This document shows positions 9,130 to 18,423 of a DNA stretch of 64,000 nucleotides, one piece after another. The position numbers and the translations under genes are program-made. The DNA lies in the NCBI GenBank assembly GCA_025462885.1, contig JAOAPN010000008.1, positions 210,953-274,952 on the forward strand. Direction: 5' to 3'. The stretch is from Acidobacteriaceae bacterium. GTDB lineage: Bacteria > Acidobacteriota > Terriglobia > Terriglobales > Acidobacteriaceae. The notes beneath the pieces are model-generated. The model saw only the letters and a list, made by a program, of their open reading frames with translations, was not told the DNA's origin and did no database searches. Numbering within the stretch: the first letter of the stretch is position 1; each line of letters begins with the position of its first letter.

Positions 9130-9249
9130 GGCCCAGCGGGTCGGTTCCTTACCTCCTTCCCGCCCCACAAACCCTTCCAAAACAACTAAAGTGGTACATG
9201 GTGCGATATTTTCGCCAGCGGGAGCTTGCTCCAGCGCACCACTTTCCTC

Positions 9250-10032
9250 ATGCATCCCATACTTTTCCACTTCGGACGCTTCGTTCTCCCTACCTTTGGG
9301 GTGCTCGCGGCTGCTGGCCTGATGCTGGCGCTTTCGCTCTCGCTCCGAACTGCAGCGATGGTGCGGCTCGATCCTGAAGCTCTGTGGAACGCCGGGCTGT
9401 TCGCGATCGTCTCGGCGCTGGTGTCCTCGCGGCTGCTGCTGGTCATTGCCAACTTCAAGAGCTTCCTCAGCTATCCGCTGCTGATCCTGGCGCTGCCTTC
9501 GCTGACCGCGACGGGAATCCTGCTGACGCTGCTGGCGACGCTCGTCTATCTCCGGTTCAAACGCCTCCCTCTGCTGACCACGCTGGATGCCTGGGCTCCC
9601 TGTGCGACGCTCGTGTGGGCCTTTCTGGCGTTCGGCCATCTGGCGGAGGGCAGCGACCCCGGCCTGATCAGCACGCTGCCCTGGAAGATCCTGTCGCCGA
9701 CCGGCGGAGCGTATCTGCATCCGGTCGCGCTCTACGCGGCGCTGGCGGCTCTACTGATTACCGAAGCGGCGCTGATTGCGTTGCGACGGAAAGCGGAGGC
9801 TGGCCGAACCGTGGCACTCGCGCTTGCCGCCTCGGGAGTCGCCCAGTTCTGCATCAGCTTCTTCCGGCATCCGAGCTTTGCTTCCGACGAAAGTCCGTTC
9901 TTCAACGTGCTCGACCCTATCCAGTGGGTATCCTTAGGGATGGTCCTCGCTGCCGGAGTCATTTACATCCAGACCGTCCCTCTTGCACTGCAATCCCACG
10001 CACCCGAAGTTCCGGAGCACCATGCCCTCTAA
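9250..10032 (+). CDS. Lgt-family (prolipoprotein diacylglyceryl transferase-like) membrane protein, divergent
   Basis: Multi-TM ORF. HPVALYA and FFRHPS resemble Lgt HPxQLYE and FFRQPD. The GRxGNxxNxE motif is not recognisable (GHLAEGSDPG sits at that position). Confidence 0.6.
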   Translation: MHPILFHFGRFVLPTFGVLAAAGLMLALSLSLRTAAMVRLDPEALWNAGLFAIVSALVSSRLLLVIANFKSFLSYPLLILALPSLTATGILLTLLATLVYLRFKRLPLLTTLDAWAPCATLVWAFLAFGHLAEGSDPGLISTLPWKILSPTGGAYLHPVALYAALAALLITEAALIALRRKAEAGRTVALALAASGVAQFCISFFRHPSFASDESPFFNVLDPIQWVSLGMVLAAGVIYIQTVPLALQSHAPEVPEHHAL

Positions 10033-11155
10033 GAACATGCTCCCCAAAGGCCAACGCCACCACTCTGTCCGCGCCGAATACCGCGCGACTCGCGGCGTCG
10101 AAGAAGCCGTCCCGCTGCCCGTTCCTGTCTTGGAGTTCGAAGACGATGCTGATCCCGACCACGATCCCGCCACCGCGATCCGGCACTTCATTGCCGATCC
10201 TGCCGCGGCGGGTCTGCGCCTCGACCAGTACCTCGCCCAGGCGATCCCCGATATCTCCCGCGCCCGCGTCCAGTTGCTCATCGAATCCGGCCAGGTCCGC
10301 GTCAATGGGAATCCGTCGAAGCCGAAGATTAAGCTCGTCGGCGGAGAGGCGATTGAGATCGAAGGCGCACCGCGTCCCGAACCGCTCCATGCGTTTCCTG
10401 AGAATATTCCGCTCGATATCCTCCACGAGGATAAGTACCTCGCCGTGATTAACAAGCCGGCAGGCATGATGGTCCATGCGGGCTCCGGCGCGACCGAGGA
10501 CGTTCGCAATCACGGCACGCTGGTGAACGCGCTGCTGCATCACCTCAACTCTCTCTCGGAGGTCGGCGGCGAGCTGCGCCCCGGCATCGTCCATCGCCTC
10601 GACAAACAGACCAGCGGCATCATCCTGGTTGCGAAGGACGACTCCACTCACCGCAAGCTGGGCGAGATGTTCTCCAACCGGCGGGTCGCCAAGACCTACC
10701 TCGCGCTGGTGCATGGCCACGTCGCGAAAGACGACACCACCATTAATCTCCCCATCGCCCGCGACCTGATCCGCCGCATCCGTATGACCACGCGACGCGC
10801 CCTGGAGTCGGGGGCTCGCACCGCCGTCTCGCACGTGCATGTTCTGGAGCGCATCGCCTCGGCCTACGGCAACTTCACGCTGGTTGAGGTGAAGATTGAG
10901 ACCGGGCGTACCCACCAGATCCGCGTCCACATGCAGTCGTTGGGACATCCCGTGGTCGGAGACAATCTGTACGGCGCGCCGCACAACATTCCCAACGCGC
11001 TGGACCCCGAGTCGCCTCTGTCGCTGGACCGTAACTTCCTTCACGCGGCACAGCTTTCGTTTCTGCACCCCCAGACCAGTAAGGCGATGAACCTCGAAGC
11101 GCCTCTGCCTCCCGAACTCCAGAGCTTCCTCGAAACCATTCGAACGGCAAAGTAG
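10022..11155 (+). CDS. rluD: RluA-family 23S rRNA pseudouridine synthase (RluD-like)
   Basis: S4-like LRLDQYLAQAIPDISRARVQLLIESGQVRVNG and catalytic HRLDKQTSGIILVAK. ATG 10022 overlaps the preceding stop by 11 nt (alternative ATG at 10037). Confidence 0.9.
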   Translation: MPSKNMLPKGQRHHSVRAEYRATRGVEEAVPLPVPVLEFEDDADPDHDPATAIRHFIADPAAAGLRLDQYLAQAIPDISRARVQLLIESGQVRVNGNPSKPKIKLVGGEAIEIEGAPRPEPLHAFPENIPLDILHEDKYLAVINKPAGMMVHAGSGATEDVRNHGTLVNALLHHLNSLSEVGGELRPGIVHRLDKQTSGIILVAKDDSTHRKLGEMFSNRRVAKTYLALVHGHVAKDDTTINLPIARDLIRRIRMTTRRALESGARTAVSHVHVLERIASAYGNFTLVEVKIETGRTHQIRVHMQSLGHPVVGDNLYGAPHNIPNALDPESPLSLDRNFLHAAQLSFLHPQTSKAMNLEAPLPPELQSFLETIRTAK

Positions 11156-11236
11156 TCCGGCACTAGTTTTGACAACTGAACGACTCTAAACACTGCGTCT
11201 CCGCACCGAACGCCTATATTCGGTAGAATCAACCCC

Positions 11237-12325
11237 GTGACTTTCCTCGACCGCATCCGCAGTACTGCCTCGCTGGCCGCAGCCTCCACGACCCTCATCC
11301 TTCTTCTCAGCGGAGCCGGCGGATTTGCCGCGTTTGGTCAGTCTCCGAGCCAGCCGGCACAGCTTCCGACCGCTCCCTCGGCTATGACCCCGCCGGCGCA
11401 GCAACCGGTCGCCCCGCCGCAACAGTTCCAGCAGGCCCCTGCGGTTGCCCAGCCGCAGCCTCAGACTCCGGCCAACGACGAGCCGATCACCACCATTCGC
11501 GTTCAGGCCAACGAAGTCAATCTGATCTTTACCGTGACCGATAAGAAGGGCCGCTTCATTCCCAACCTGCGGCAGGATAGCTTCGGACTGCTCGACGACG
11601 GCCGCCCGCCGGTCCGCGTCATCAACTACACGCTGGCCCGCAATCTGCCGCTGCGCGTGGGCATCATGCTGGATACTTCCAGCTCCATCCGCCAGCGCTT
11701 TCAGTTTGAGCAGCAATCCGCCATCGAGTTCCTGCTGCAGGTTCTGCATGTGAACGACCGCGCCTTCGTCGAGGGCTTCGACATCCAGACCGACGTCTCG
11801 CAAGGCTTTACCAATAACATCGACCTGCTGAACCAGGGAATCCAGAAGCTCCGTCCGGGCGGCGGCACCGCGCTCTACGACGCGCTGTATAAGGCCTGCC
11901 ATGAGCAGATGCTGACCCTGCGCGATACGGTCGCTGCCCGCCGCGCGCTCGTGCTTGTCTCGGACGGCGACGACAACTACTCGCGTGCCCTGCAGACCGA
12001 TGCGATCAAGGAGTGCCAGCGCGCCGAGACCACCGTCTACGCGATCTCCACCAACATCAGCCCGAGCAAGGATCGCGGCGACGAGACCCTGAAAGCCATC
12101 GCTGAAGCGACTGGCGGCCAGGCTTTCTTCCCGGTCAAGCTGGAAGATGTAGCCGTCGGCTTTCACAATATCGAAGAGGAGCTTCGCAGCCAGTACTCCC
12201 TGATCTACACCCCTGCGGAGTTCCAGAACAACGGAGCCTTCCGGACGATCTATCTGCAGTCTCGCGATCCTCGCTACCATGTCCGTGCCAAGAAGGGCTA
12301 CTTCGCGCCTCGGCCGCTCCAGTAG
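11237..12325 (+). CDS. secreted von Willebrand factor A domain protein
   Basis: GTG start, signal peptide, Pro/Gln-rich linker, MIDAS-type IMLDTSSSI (DxSxS) and LVSDGDDN. Confidence 0.8.
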   Translation: MTFLDRIRSTASLAAASTTLILLLSGAGGFAAFGQSPSQPAQLPTAPSAMTPPAQQPVAPPQQFQQAPAVAQPQPQTPANDEPITTIRVQANEVNLIFTVTDKKGRFIPNLRQDSFGLLDDGRPPVRVINYTLARNLPLRVGIMLDTSSSIRQRFQFEQQSAIEFLLQVLHVNDRAFVEGFDIQTDVSQGFTNNIDLLNQGIQKLRPGGGTALYDALYKACHEQMLTLRDTVAARRALVLVSDGDDNYSRALQTDAIKECQRAETTVYAISTNISPSKDRGDETLKAIAEATGGQAFFPVKLEDVAVGFHNIEEELRSQYSLIYTPAEFQNNGAFRTIYLQSRDPRYHVRAKKGYFAPRPLQ

Positions 12326-12388
12326 AACTCCGTCTCTTGTAGCAGGTGCACTCGCCGAACGTACTTCCAATTCTGTATCCTCCTCCGC

Positions 12389-13705
12389 ATGACATTCCGG
12401 CTCACGCGAAGCGTTCTGCTCCCCCTGGCCTTTACCACTGCCGCCCTGATTTTCGCCGCACGCTGGATCGATAACGTCCACGCTGCGCCTCGCCCTGCCG
12501 ATATCGCTTTTCGTACCCAGATGATCGACCCCGGCTATAGCGAGACCGCAGCCGTCGCCGACCTGAATCACGACGGACGGCCCGACATCATCTCTGCCGA
12601 TAGCTGGTACGAGGCTCCCAACTGGACGAAACACCCGCTCCGCACCATCGACTACGCCAGCAACTACGTTGATGACTTCACTGACGTCCCCCTCGACGTG
12701 GACGGCGACGGCTGGGTCGACATTATCCAGTTCAGCTATTTCGCCCACAACATCGTGTGGCTCAAGAATCCCGGCAAGAGTGGCGGCGCATGGAAGGTCA
12801 CCGAGATCGACAATGCCGGGCCGAACGAGTTCGGCTTTCTGGTCGATCTGAACAACGACGGTAAAGCGCAGGAGCTGCTTCCCGAGATCGACCGCCCCAA
12901 CGTCCCGCTTGCCTGGTATGAGCTGCAGAACGGCGCCTACATCAAGCACACGATCGCGTCGCATGGCTTCGGCCACGGCATCGGTGTCGGCGATGTGAAC
13001 GGTGATGGACGCAACGATATTCTGACACCCAAGGGCTGGCTTGAAGCGCCCGCCGACATCCATGCGGCAGGGGAGTGGGCCTTCCATGCCACCGACTGGG
13101 ACCAGCACCCGATCCCCGCTGCGGGACATAACGTCCCGGTGCCTGCTGCCTCACCTCATGGCACGCAGTTCGGCTACATGCACCTGATCGACATCAACGG
13201 CGATGGCCGCAAAGACCTCCTGACTACGATGGCGCACGACTACGGCCTGGTCTGGTTCGAGCACACCGCCGACCCGAAGAACGAGTGGGTCGAACACATC
13301 ATCGATAACACCTGGTCGCAGGCGCACGCCTCCACACTGGTCGACCTCAACGGCGATGGGCAGCTCGATATCGTCACGGGCAAACGCTACTTCGCCCACA
13401 ACGGGGCCGATCCCGGTGAGCGCGAACCTATCGGCCTCTACTGGTATGAGTACCGCAAGATTCCAGCAACAGCCGCCACCGCGACGGCTCCCGGCAACGG
13501 AGGGGTCGAATGGATCCGCCACATCGTCGATTACGGCGGACGCATGGGCGGAGGAATGCAGATCGCGGTCACGGATATCGATGGCGACGGCGATCTGGAT
13601 ATTGTTACCGGAGGGAAGGCTGGGCTCTACCTTGCTGAAAACCTTACGAAGTCACCAAAGTCCGCTCCGATAGGTCGTAAAGCAAACTCTCGTGAAGCCA
13701 AATAA
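12389..13705 (+). CDS. secreted FG-GAP/VCBS repeat (beta-propeller) protein
   Basis: Signal peptide, then seven Dx[DN]xDGxxD[IL] repeats: DLNHDGRPDII, DVDGDGWVDII, DLNNDGKAQEL, DVNGDGRNDIL, DINGDGRKDLL, DLNGDGQLDIV, DIDGDGDLDIV. Confidence 0.8.
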   Translation: MTFRLTRSVLLPLAFTTAALIFAARWIDNVHAAPRPADIAFRTQMIDPGYSETAAVADLNHDGRPDIISADSWYEAPNWTKHPLRTIDYASNYVDDFTDVPLDVDGDGWVDIIQFSYFAHNIVWLKNPGKSGGAWKVTEIDNAGPNEFGFLVDLNNDGKAQELLPEIDRPNVPLAWYELQNGAYIKHTIASHGFGHGIGVGDVNGDGRNDILTPKGWLEAPADIHAAGEWAFHATDWDQHPIPAAGHNVPVPAASPHGTQFGYMHLIDINGDGRKDLLTTMAHDYGLVWFEHTADPKNEWVEHIIDNTWSQAHASTLVDLNGDGQLDIVTGKRYFAHNGADPGEREPIGLYWYEYRKIPATAATATAPGNGGVEWIRHIVDYGGRMGGGMQIAVTDIDGDGDLDIVTGGKAGLYLAENLTKSPKSAPIGRKANSREAK

Positions 13706-13718
13706 AATCAAAGACTAG

Positions 13719-14375
13719 ATGCCTATCATTTTTCAGATCTCCGGAATCCTTTTCGATATGGACGGCGTCCTTATCAGCTCCACCGCCGCGGATGAACGCT
13801 CCTGGCTTCGCTGGGCGGCTCTGCACGGCATGGAGTCTACCTTTTCCATTCAGTCCACGCACGGCCGCCGGGCTGTCGATACGCTGGCCGCGTTGCGTCC
13901 CGATCTCGATCCCGTAGTCGAGGTAGCCCTGCTTGAGAATTTTGACGCCGAAGATCTCAATGGCATCCTGATCCTTCCCGGTGTTGAGCGGCTGCTGGCT
14001 TCGCTGCCACCTGATCGCTGGACTATCGTCACCTCGGCGTCGCATCGCCTGATGGTGAATCGGCTTGGGCATGCGGGTCTCCCCAGTCCTCGCACGATCA
14101 TCACTGCAGACATGGTGGCTCACGGTAAACCTCATCCCGAGCCTTACCTGGCCGGGGCCCGCGCGCTGAACCTTCAGCCTGCAGACTGCCTGGTGATTGA
14201 AGACGCGCCTGCGGGCGTCGCATCGGGAAAGGCTGCCGGCTGTAAGGTGCTTGCTGTCTTGACCTCGCACACGGCGGAGGATCTCGTTGGGGCCGACTGG
14301 GTCATCCCCAACCTCGACCACCTCAGCGCCATCGTTACCCCCGCAGGCGCACTCGAAATTCATCTCGACCTCTAG
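13719..14375 (+). CDS. HAD-IA family hydrolase (sugar-phosphatase / beta-phosphoglucomutase-like)
   Basis: ILFDMDGVLISS (motif I), VTSAS, HGKPHPEPY, VIEDAPAGV. Confidence 0.85.
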   Translation: MPIIFQISGILFDMDGVLISSTAADERSWLRWAALHGMESTFSIQSTHGRRAVDTLAALRPDLDPVVEVALLENFDAEDLNGILILPGVERLLASLPPDRWTIVTSASHRLMVNRLGHAGLPSPRTIITADMVAHGKPHPEPYLAGARALNLQPADCLVIEDAPAGVASGKAAGCKVLAVLTSHTAEDLVGADWVIPNLDHLSAIVTPAGALEIHLDL

Positions 14376-14444
14376 TTCAAACAAATCTTCATTGTCGACG
14401 CGCGCACTCTCGGATAAACTGCACCCAACCGGGAGACCTTCACC

Positions 14445-14966
14445 ATGCGCTACTTGCAGTCCCTCTTTTTCTGCCTGCTGCTGATCTCGACATCGCTCCT
14501 CGCCGAAAGCAAGAACCCCGCCGACTATCCCCTGCGCCTCCATATCTTTTCCCGCAACGAGACCACCTTTTACCACAATCGGAATGCCGAAGAATCAAAG
14601 GGCGAGGGTCGCGCCAATCTCTTCGAGAACAGCGAACCCCGCGGCATCGACTTCAGCTTCGAATGCTCGGAGAAGCTGAAGCCGTCCTTCGGCTACGAGA
14701 CCTATCCCGCCAGGTGGAAGAAGCCCGGCCAAGAGCTCATCGTCCTTCTACCCGTCTTCGGAAAGAACAACGCTTACTTCACCTGCAACCTGAAGACCCA
14801 GGTCAAGGACTACGCTTACATGGCTCGCGACGGAAAAATGTCCTCGGAACCTTCGACGGAGTTCAAAGAGTGGATGACGAAGCACGAATACGACCCCGAA
14901 CATGGCAAGAACACTCCGGTAAAAGCAGGACCTCAGACCCAACCCGCTGCTAAACCGCAGGAGTAA
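14445..14966 (+). CDS. hypothetical exported protein
   Basis: Signal peptide MRYLQSLFFCLLLISTSLLA, GGGAGA upstream, no family recognised. Confidence 0.6.
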   Translation: MRYLQSLFFCLLLISTSLLAESKNPADYPLRLHIFSRNETTFYHNRNAEESKGEGRANLFENSEPRGIDFSFECSEKLKPSFGYETYPARWKKPGQELIVLLPVFGKNNAYFTCNLKTQVKDYAYMARDGKMSSEPSTEFKEWMTKHEYDPEHGKNTPVKAGPQTQPAAKPQE

Positions 14967-14981
14967 CAGCTTTCCGCAGCG

Positions 14982-15030
14982 CCAACGCACGACGAACTCG
15001 CTCATCGGGGATGAGTTCGTCGTGCGTTGG
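14982..15030 (+). terminator. 18-bp perfect inverted repeat (terminator-like hairpin without a U-tract)
   Basis: CCAACGCACGACGAACTC (14982..14999) and GAGTTCGTCGTGCGTTGG (15013..15030). Begins 16 nt after the stop of 14445..14966. Confidence 0.45.
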
Positions 15031-15100
15031 AGTGGAATTGGGCCTCTCAGGATAACTATCTGCGCTTATCCGTGTCTAAAACAGGAGAGGCTTACGCCAA

Positions 15101-15679
15101 ATGAAACCCTCCCCCAGCCACCTCCTCCTGGCCGCTGTATTGATCCTCGCCGCACCCGTTCTTCTTCTCGCCCAGCAGCCCGCCAATATCGGCCAGGCGC
15201 TCAATACGCTCGCCGACCAACCTGCCACGCATACCGGTTTCGTCTTCGACCGCTCGATGCTGCAGATCGCCCAGAGCCTGCTGGAATCGAATGGCATGGA
15301 CGCGCAGCGCGCCACCGCGGCGATTCACAGCATCGCGGTGGACAGCTACCACTATCCGCAGCCAGCCTTCTACACTCCGGAGGCCTTTAGCGGTATCGTC
15401 GACACCTTCCGCGTTGCGGGCTGGAAGCACCTGGTCAACGCCAACCAGACTCCCGCCAACTCCGCTCAGCCGCGCGCGCCCATCACGGACCTGTGGCTGC
15501 ACTTTGCGGGAGCCGATATCGACGGTGTGACTGTTCTGACCCGGGCTTCGCGCGACATGAACGTGATTCAGCTCTCCTGCGACCTGCGCCCTCTGGATCT
15601 GCTTCACCTGAGTGGCCACTTCGGGATTCCCAAAGTAGATCCCAATGCCGTGATGGTCCCCACTCCCGACGGACGATAG
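15101..15679 (+). CDS. hypothetical exported protein
   Basis: Signal peptide MKPSPSHLLLAAVLILAAPVLLLAQQ, AGGAGA upstream, no family recognised. Confidence 0.6.
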   Translation: MKPSPSHLLLAAVLILAAPVLLLAQQPANIGQALNTLADQPATHTGFVFDRSMLQIAQSLLESNGMDAQRATAAIHSIAVDSYHYPQPAFYTPEAFSGIVDTFRVAGWKHLVNANQTPANSAQPRAPITDLWLHFAGADIDGVTVLTRASRDMNVIQLSCDLRPLDLLHLSGHFGIPKVDPNAVMVPTPDGR

Positions 15680-15694
15680 TTTAGCCAGAAGCAA

Positions 15695-15756
15695 GTAAGT
15701 GCCAAGTGCGCCCTAACGCCGGGCGGGCGCCACTTCGTGGGGTATTGGACGCTTCG
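15695..15756 (-). repeat. REP-like intergenic element, copy 1
   Basis: The reverse complement matches 50170..50230 at 56 of 62 hand-aligned columns. Contains GTGG followed by the imperfect palindrome CGCCC-11 nt-GGGCG. Confidence 0.6.
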
Positions 15757-15789
15757 CGTAAAGAAATGACTTCAAACTGACTTTGTCTT

Positions 15790-16827
15790 TCACCAGCCGT
15801 ATTGCTCCACCGCTTGCATCAGAGCTACCTTCCGCTCCGGTCCGAGGAAGCTGGCCTCGACCGCATTCGCGGCAAGCTCCCGCATCTGGTCCAGCGTGAA
15901 GCCGTATCGCTCATGCACCAGCACGTACTCCTCCAGCAGGTTGCTGCCGAACATGGGCGGGTCGTCGGAGTTGATCGTCACCATCAGCCCGCGCTCGAAG
16001 TATTCGTTCAGTGGATGGGTGTCGAACTCCGCGCAGCAACCGGTGCGGATGTTGCTGGTGATATTCAGCTCCAGAGGAATCTGTCGCTCGGCCAGGACAT
16101 CCATCAACTCGACATCTTCGCGCGCGGAGAGCGCATGACCGATTCGCTCGGCACCGATATTGAGCGCTGCCCAGATGCTCTCCGGCCCGACTGATTCTCC
16201 CGCATGGGCGGTGAGCCGCAGCCCGGCCTCCTTTGCCTCGGTGTAGAGCTCGCCGAACTGGATCGCCGGACCCCGGGCCTCGTCTCCGCCGATCCCGATG
16301 CCTACGATGCTCGGATACTGTGCGCGCAACTCGGCTGCCTTGCGGAACACGCGCGCACTCTCTTCCACGCCGAAGTGCCGCACCGCATCGATGATCCACA
16401 GCAGGGAGGTGCCGAACTCTTTTTCGCCGCGGATGCGTCCGCGCTCGATGGCCGCCATGTAGGGCTCGACCTCGCTCTTCTTCCAGTAGTAGATGATCCC
16501 GAAGGAGATATAGACCTCGGCGTGCACCACGCCCTGCGCCGCCAGCTCCCGCACCATGTTGTAGGTGATCAGTTCGTAATCGTCCGGTCCCTTCAGGCGT
16601 TCTGTCACCGCCTTGAAGGATTGCAGGAAGCCCAGGAAGTTGTCGTACTTGTAGAGTTCCTCCGCCGTCTCCAGCGTCAATGGAACTGCGTCGTGCCGTT
16701 CACTCAGGGCGACCAACGTCTCAGGGAGGATTGTCCCCTCCAGGTGAAGGTGCAACTCACATTTTGGGAGACCGCGAAGCCACTCTACCGCGTCCACTGC
16801 ATCCTGTTTCAAAGCCTTACGTGCCAT
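15790..16827 (-). CDS. add: adenosine deaminase
   Basis: CELHLHLEGT metal-binding motif, LTAHAGE, TINSDDP. Confidence 0.92.
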   Translation of the reverse strand: MARKALKQDAVDAVEWLRGLPKCELHLHLEGTILPETLVALSERHDAVPLTLETAEELYKYDNFLGFLQSFKAVTERLKGPDDYELITYNMVRELAAQGVVHAEVYISFGIIYYWKKSEVEPYMAAIERGRIRGEKEFGTSLLWIIDAVRHFGVEESARVFRKAAELRAQYPSIVGIGIGGDEARGPAIQFGELYTEAKEAGLRLTAHAGESVGPESIWAALNIGAERIGHALSAREDVELMDVLAERQIPLELNITSNIRTGCCAEFDTHPLNEYFERGLMVTINSDDPPMFGSNLLEEYVLVHERYGFTLDQMRELAANAVEASFLGPERKVALMQAVEQYGW

Positions 16828-16836
16828 GTGCCTAGT

Positions 16837-18423
16837 CTAGGCTTTCGGGACGTAAAACTCACTCCGCTTGCGGGAGTAGAAGACGTACACGACCAGCCCA
16901 ATGACCAGCCACACAAAGAATCGCAGCCAGGTCTTGGCCGGAAGGCCCGCCATCAGCAGGATGCAGAACGTCACGCTGAGGATCGGCACGACGAATCCGA
17001 AGGGGACTCGAAAGCCTCGACGGCGCTCCGGCTGACGGATCCGCAGGATGACCACGCCGATCGAGACCAGGACAAACGCGAACAGTGTTCCGATATTCGA
17101 CATCTCGGCAAAGGTTCCGACGTCGAACAGCCCCGCCGGGATCGCCACCAGGACGCCCGCGACCCAAGTTGCGAATGCAGGGGTGCGGAACTTCGGATGC
17201 ACCCTGCTGAAGGCGGTTGGTAGCAGCCGGTCGCGGCTCATCGCGAACCACACACGGGCCTGTCCAAGCTGGAAGACCAGGATCGACGACACCATTCCGA
17301 TGATCGCTCCCAGCAGCACCGCCAGACGAACCCAGTGCAGGCTATGTCCACCGGGCTGCAGACTGACTCGCTTCAGGGCGTTGACGACCGGCGCTCCGTC
17401 TCCGGCGACTGTGTTCCAGGGCACCATGCCGGTCAGCACCATCGCCACGCCGATGTAGAGGATTGTGCAGATGACCAGCGTCGCCAGGATTCCGATCGGC
17501 ACATCGCGCTGCGGATTCTTGCACTCCTCGCTGGCGGTCGAGACCGAGTCGAAACCGATATAGGTGAAGAAGATGATGGATCCGCCTGCCAACACGCCGG
17601 ACCAGCCGTTCGGGGAGAACGGAACGTAATTCCCCGGATGGATAAAGCTGATTCCGAAGAAGATGAACACCAGGATGGCTGCGATCTTGACCAGCACCAT
17701 GATGTTATTGGTCCGCGCGGACTCGCGGATTCCGCGCACCAGCACGACCGTCAGGAGGAGCACGATCAGGAACGCCGGGATGTTGAAACCTGCGTGCCAG
17801 CCGGTTCCGTAGATGTCGTGCCCTTGCAGGTCCTGCAGGCCCAGCGGAAGGTACGCCGGACTCAGCCACTTGGGAGAGAGATGCAGCCCCATCCAGTCCA
17901 GCAGGTCCACGACGTGCGCGGCAAAGCCTACGCTGACGCTCATATTGCTGAACGCATACTCCAGGATGAGGTCCCAGCCGATGATCCATGCGACCAGTTC
18001 GCCGAGCGTGGCATAGGTATAGGTGTAGGCCGAGCCTGCAATGGGGATCATGCTGGCCAGCTCCGCATAACAGAGCCCCGTCAGCGCACACACGATCGCG
18101 ACCAGCATCAGCGAGATCGCCAGCGCTGGGCCTGCGCCGGGACGTCCCGCGACCGCTCCGTTGGAGTGATGCAGCACGCCCAGGATCAGATCGACTACCG
18201 GAGAATCGGTCCAGCCTGCGATCTTCGCCGGATTGCCGCCGATGGCGGTCCCAATCACGGTAAAGATGCCCGAGCCGATGACCGCGCCGATGCCGAGCGC
18301 AGTCAGGCTGACCGGACCCAGCGTCTTCTGCAACGCGTGCTCCGGCCGCTCCGATTCGGTAATCAGTTTGTCGATGGATTTAGTTGCGAAGATCTGCCTG
18401 GCCAGCGCGCGCTCCTCAAACAA
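16837..18423 (-). CDS. APC-family amino acid / cationic amino acid permease
   Basis: Multi-TM ORF with LGIGAVIGSGIF. TTG start at 18423. Only 9 nt separate its stop from the add start, so they probably form an operon. Confidence 0.9.
   Translation of the reverse strand: MFEERALARQIFATKSIDKLITESERPEHALQKTLGPVSLTALGIGAVIGSGIFTVIGTAIGGNPAKIAGWTDSPVVDLILGVLHHSNGAVAGRPGAGPALAISLMLVAIVCALTGLCYAELASMIPIAGSAYTYTYATLGELVAWIIGWDLILEYAFSNMSVSVGFAAHVVDLLDWMGLHLSPKWLSPAYLPLGLQDLQGHDIYGTGWHAGFNIPAFLIVLLLTVVLVRGIRESARTNNIMVLVKIAAILVFIFFGISFIHPGNYVPFSPNGWSGVLAGGSIIFFTYIGFDSVSTASEECKNPQRDVPIGILATLVICTILYIGVAMVLTGMVPWNTVAGDGAPVVNALKRVSLQPGGHSLHWVRLAVLLGAIIGMVSSILVFQLGQARVWFAMSRDRLLPTAFSRVHPKFRTPAFATWVAGVLVAIPAGLFDVGTFAEMSNIGTLFAFVLVSIGVVILRIRQPERRRGFRVPFGFVVPILSVTFCILLMAGLPAKTWLRFFVWLVIGLVVYVFYSRKRSEFYVPKA

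Noticed and set aside
8867-9249. tmRNA, RNase P RNA, SRP RNA, tRNA or a known riboswitch in the long spacer.
   Set aside because: Neither strand has GGATTCGACG or a TCCACCA end (tmRNA), GAGGAAAGTCCGG (RNase P), GGAAGGAAGCAGC-type SRP domain IV, a T-loop GGTTCGAATCC-like sequence, or B12/TPP/glycine/purine core motifs. It is kept only as an unclassified structured candidate.
9100-10448. ORFs 9100..9720(-) and 9384..10448(+) overlapping the Lgt-like and rluD-like genes.
   Set aside because: They are out-of-frame or antisense overlaps with genes that have recognisable motifs. Their translations are highly Arg/Pro/Gln-rich and low in complexity.
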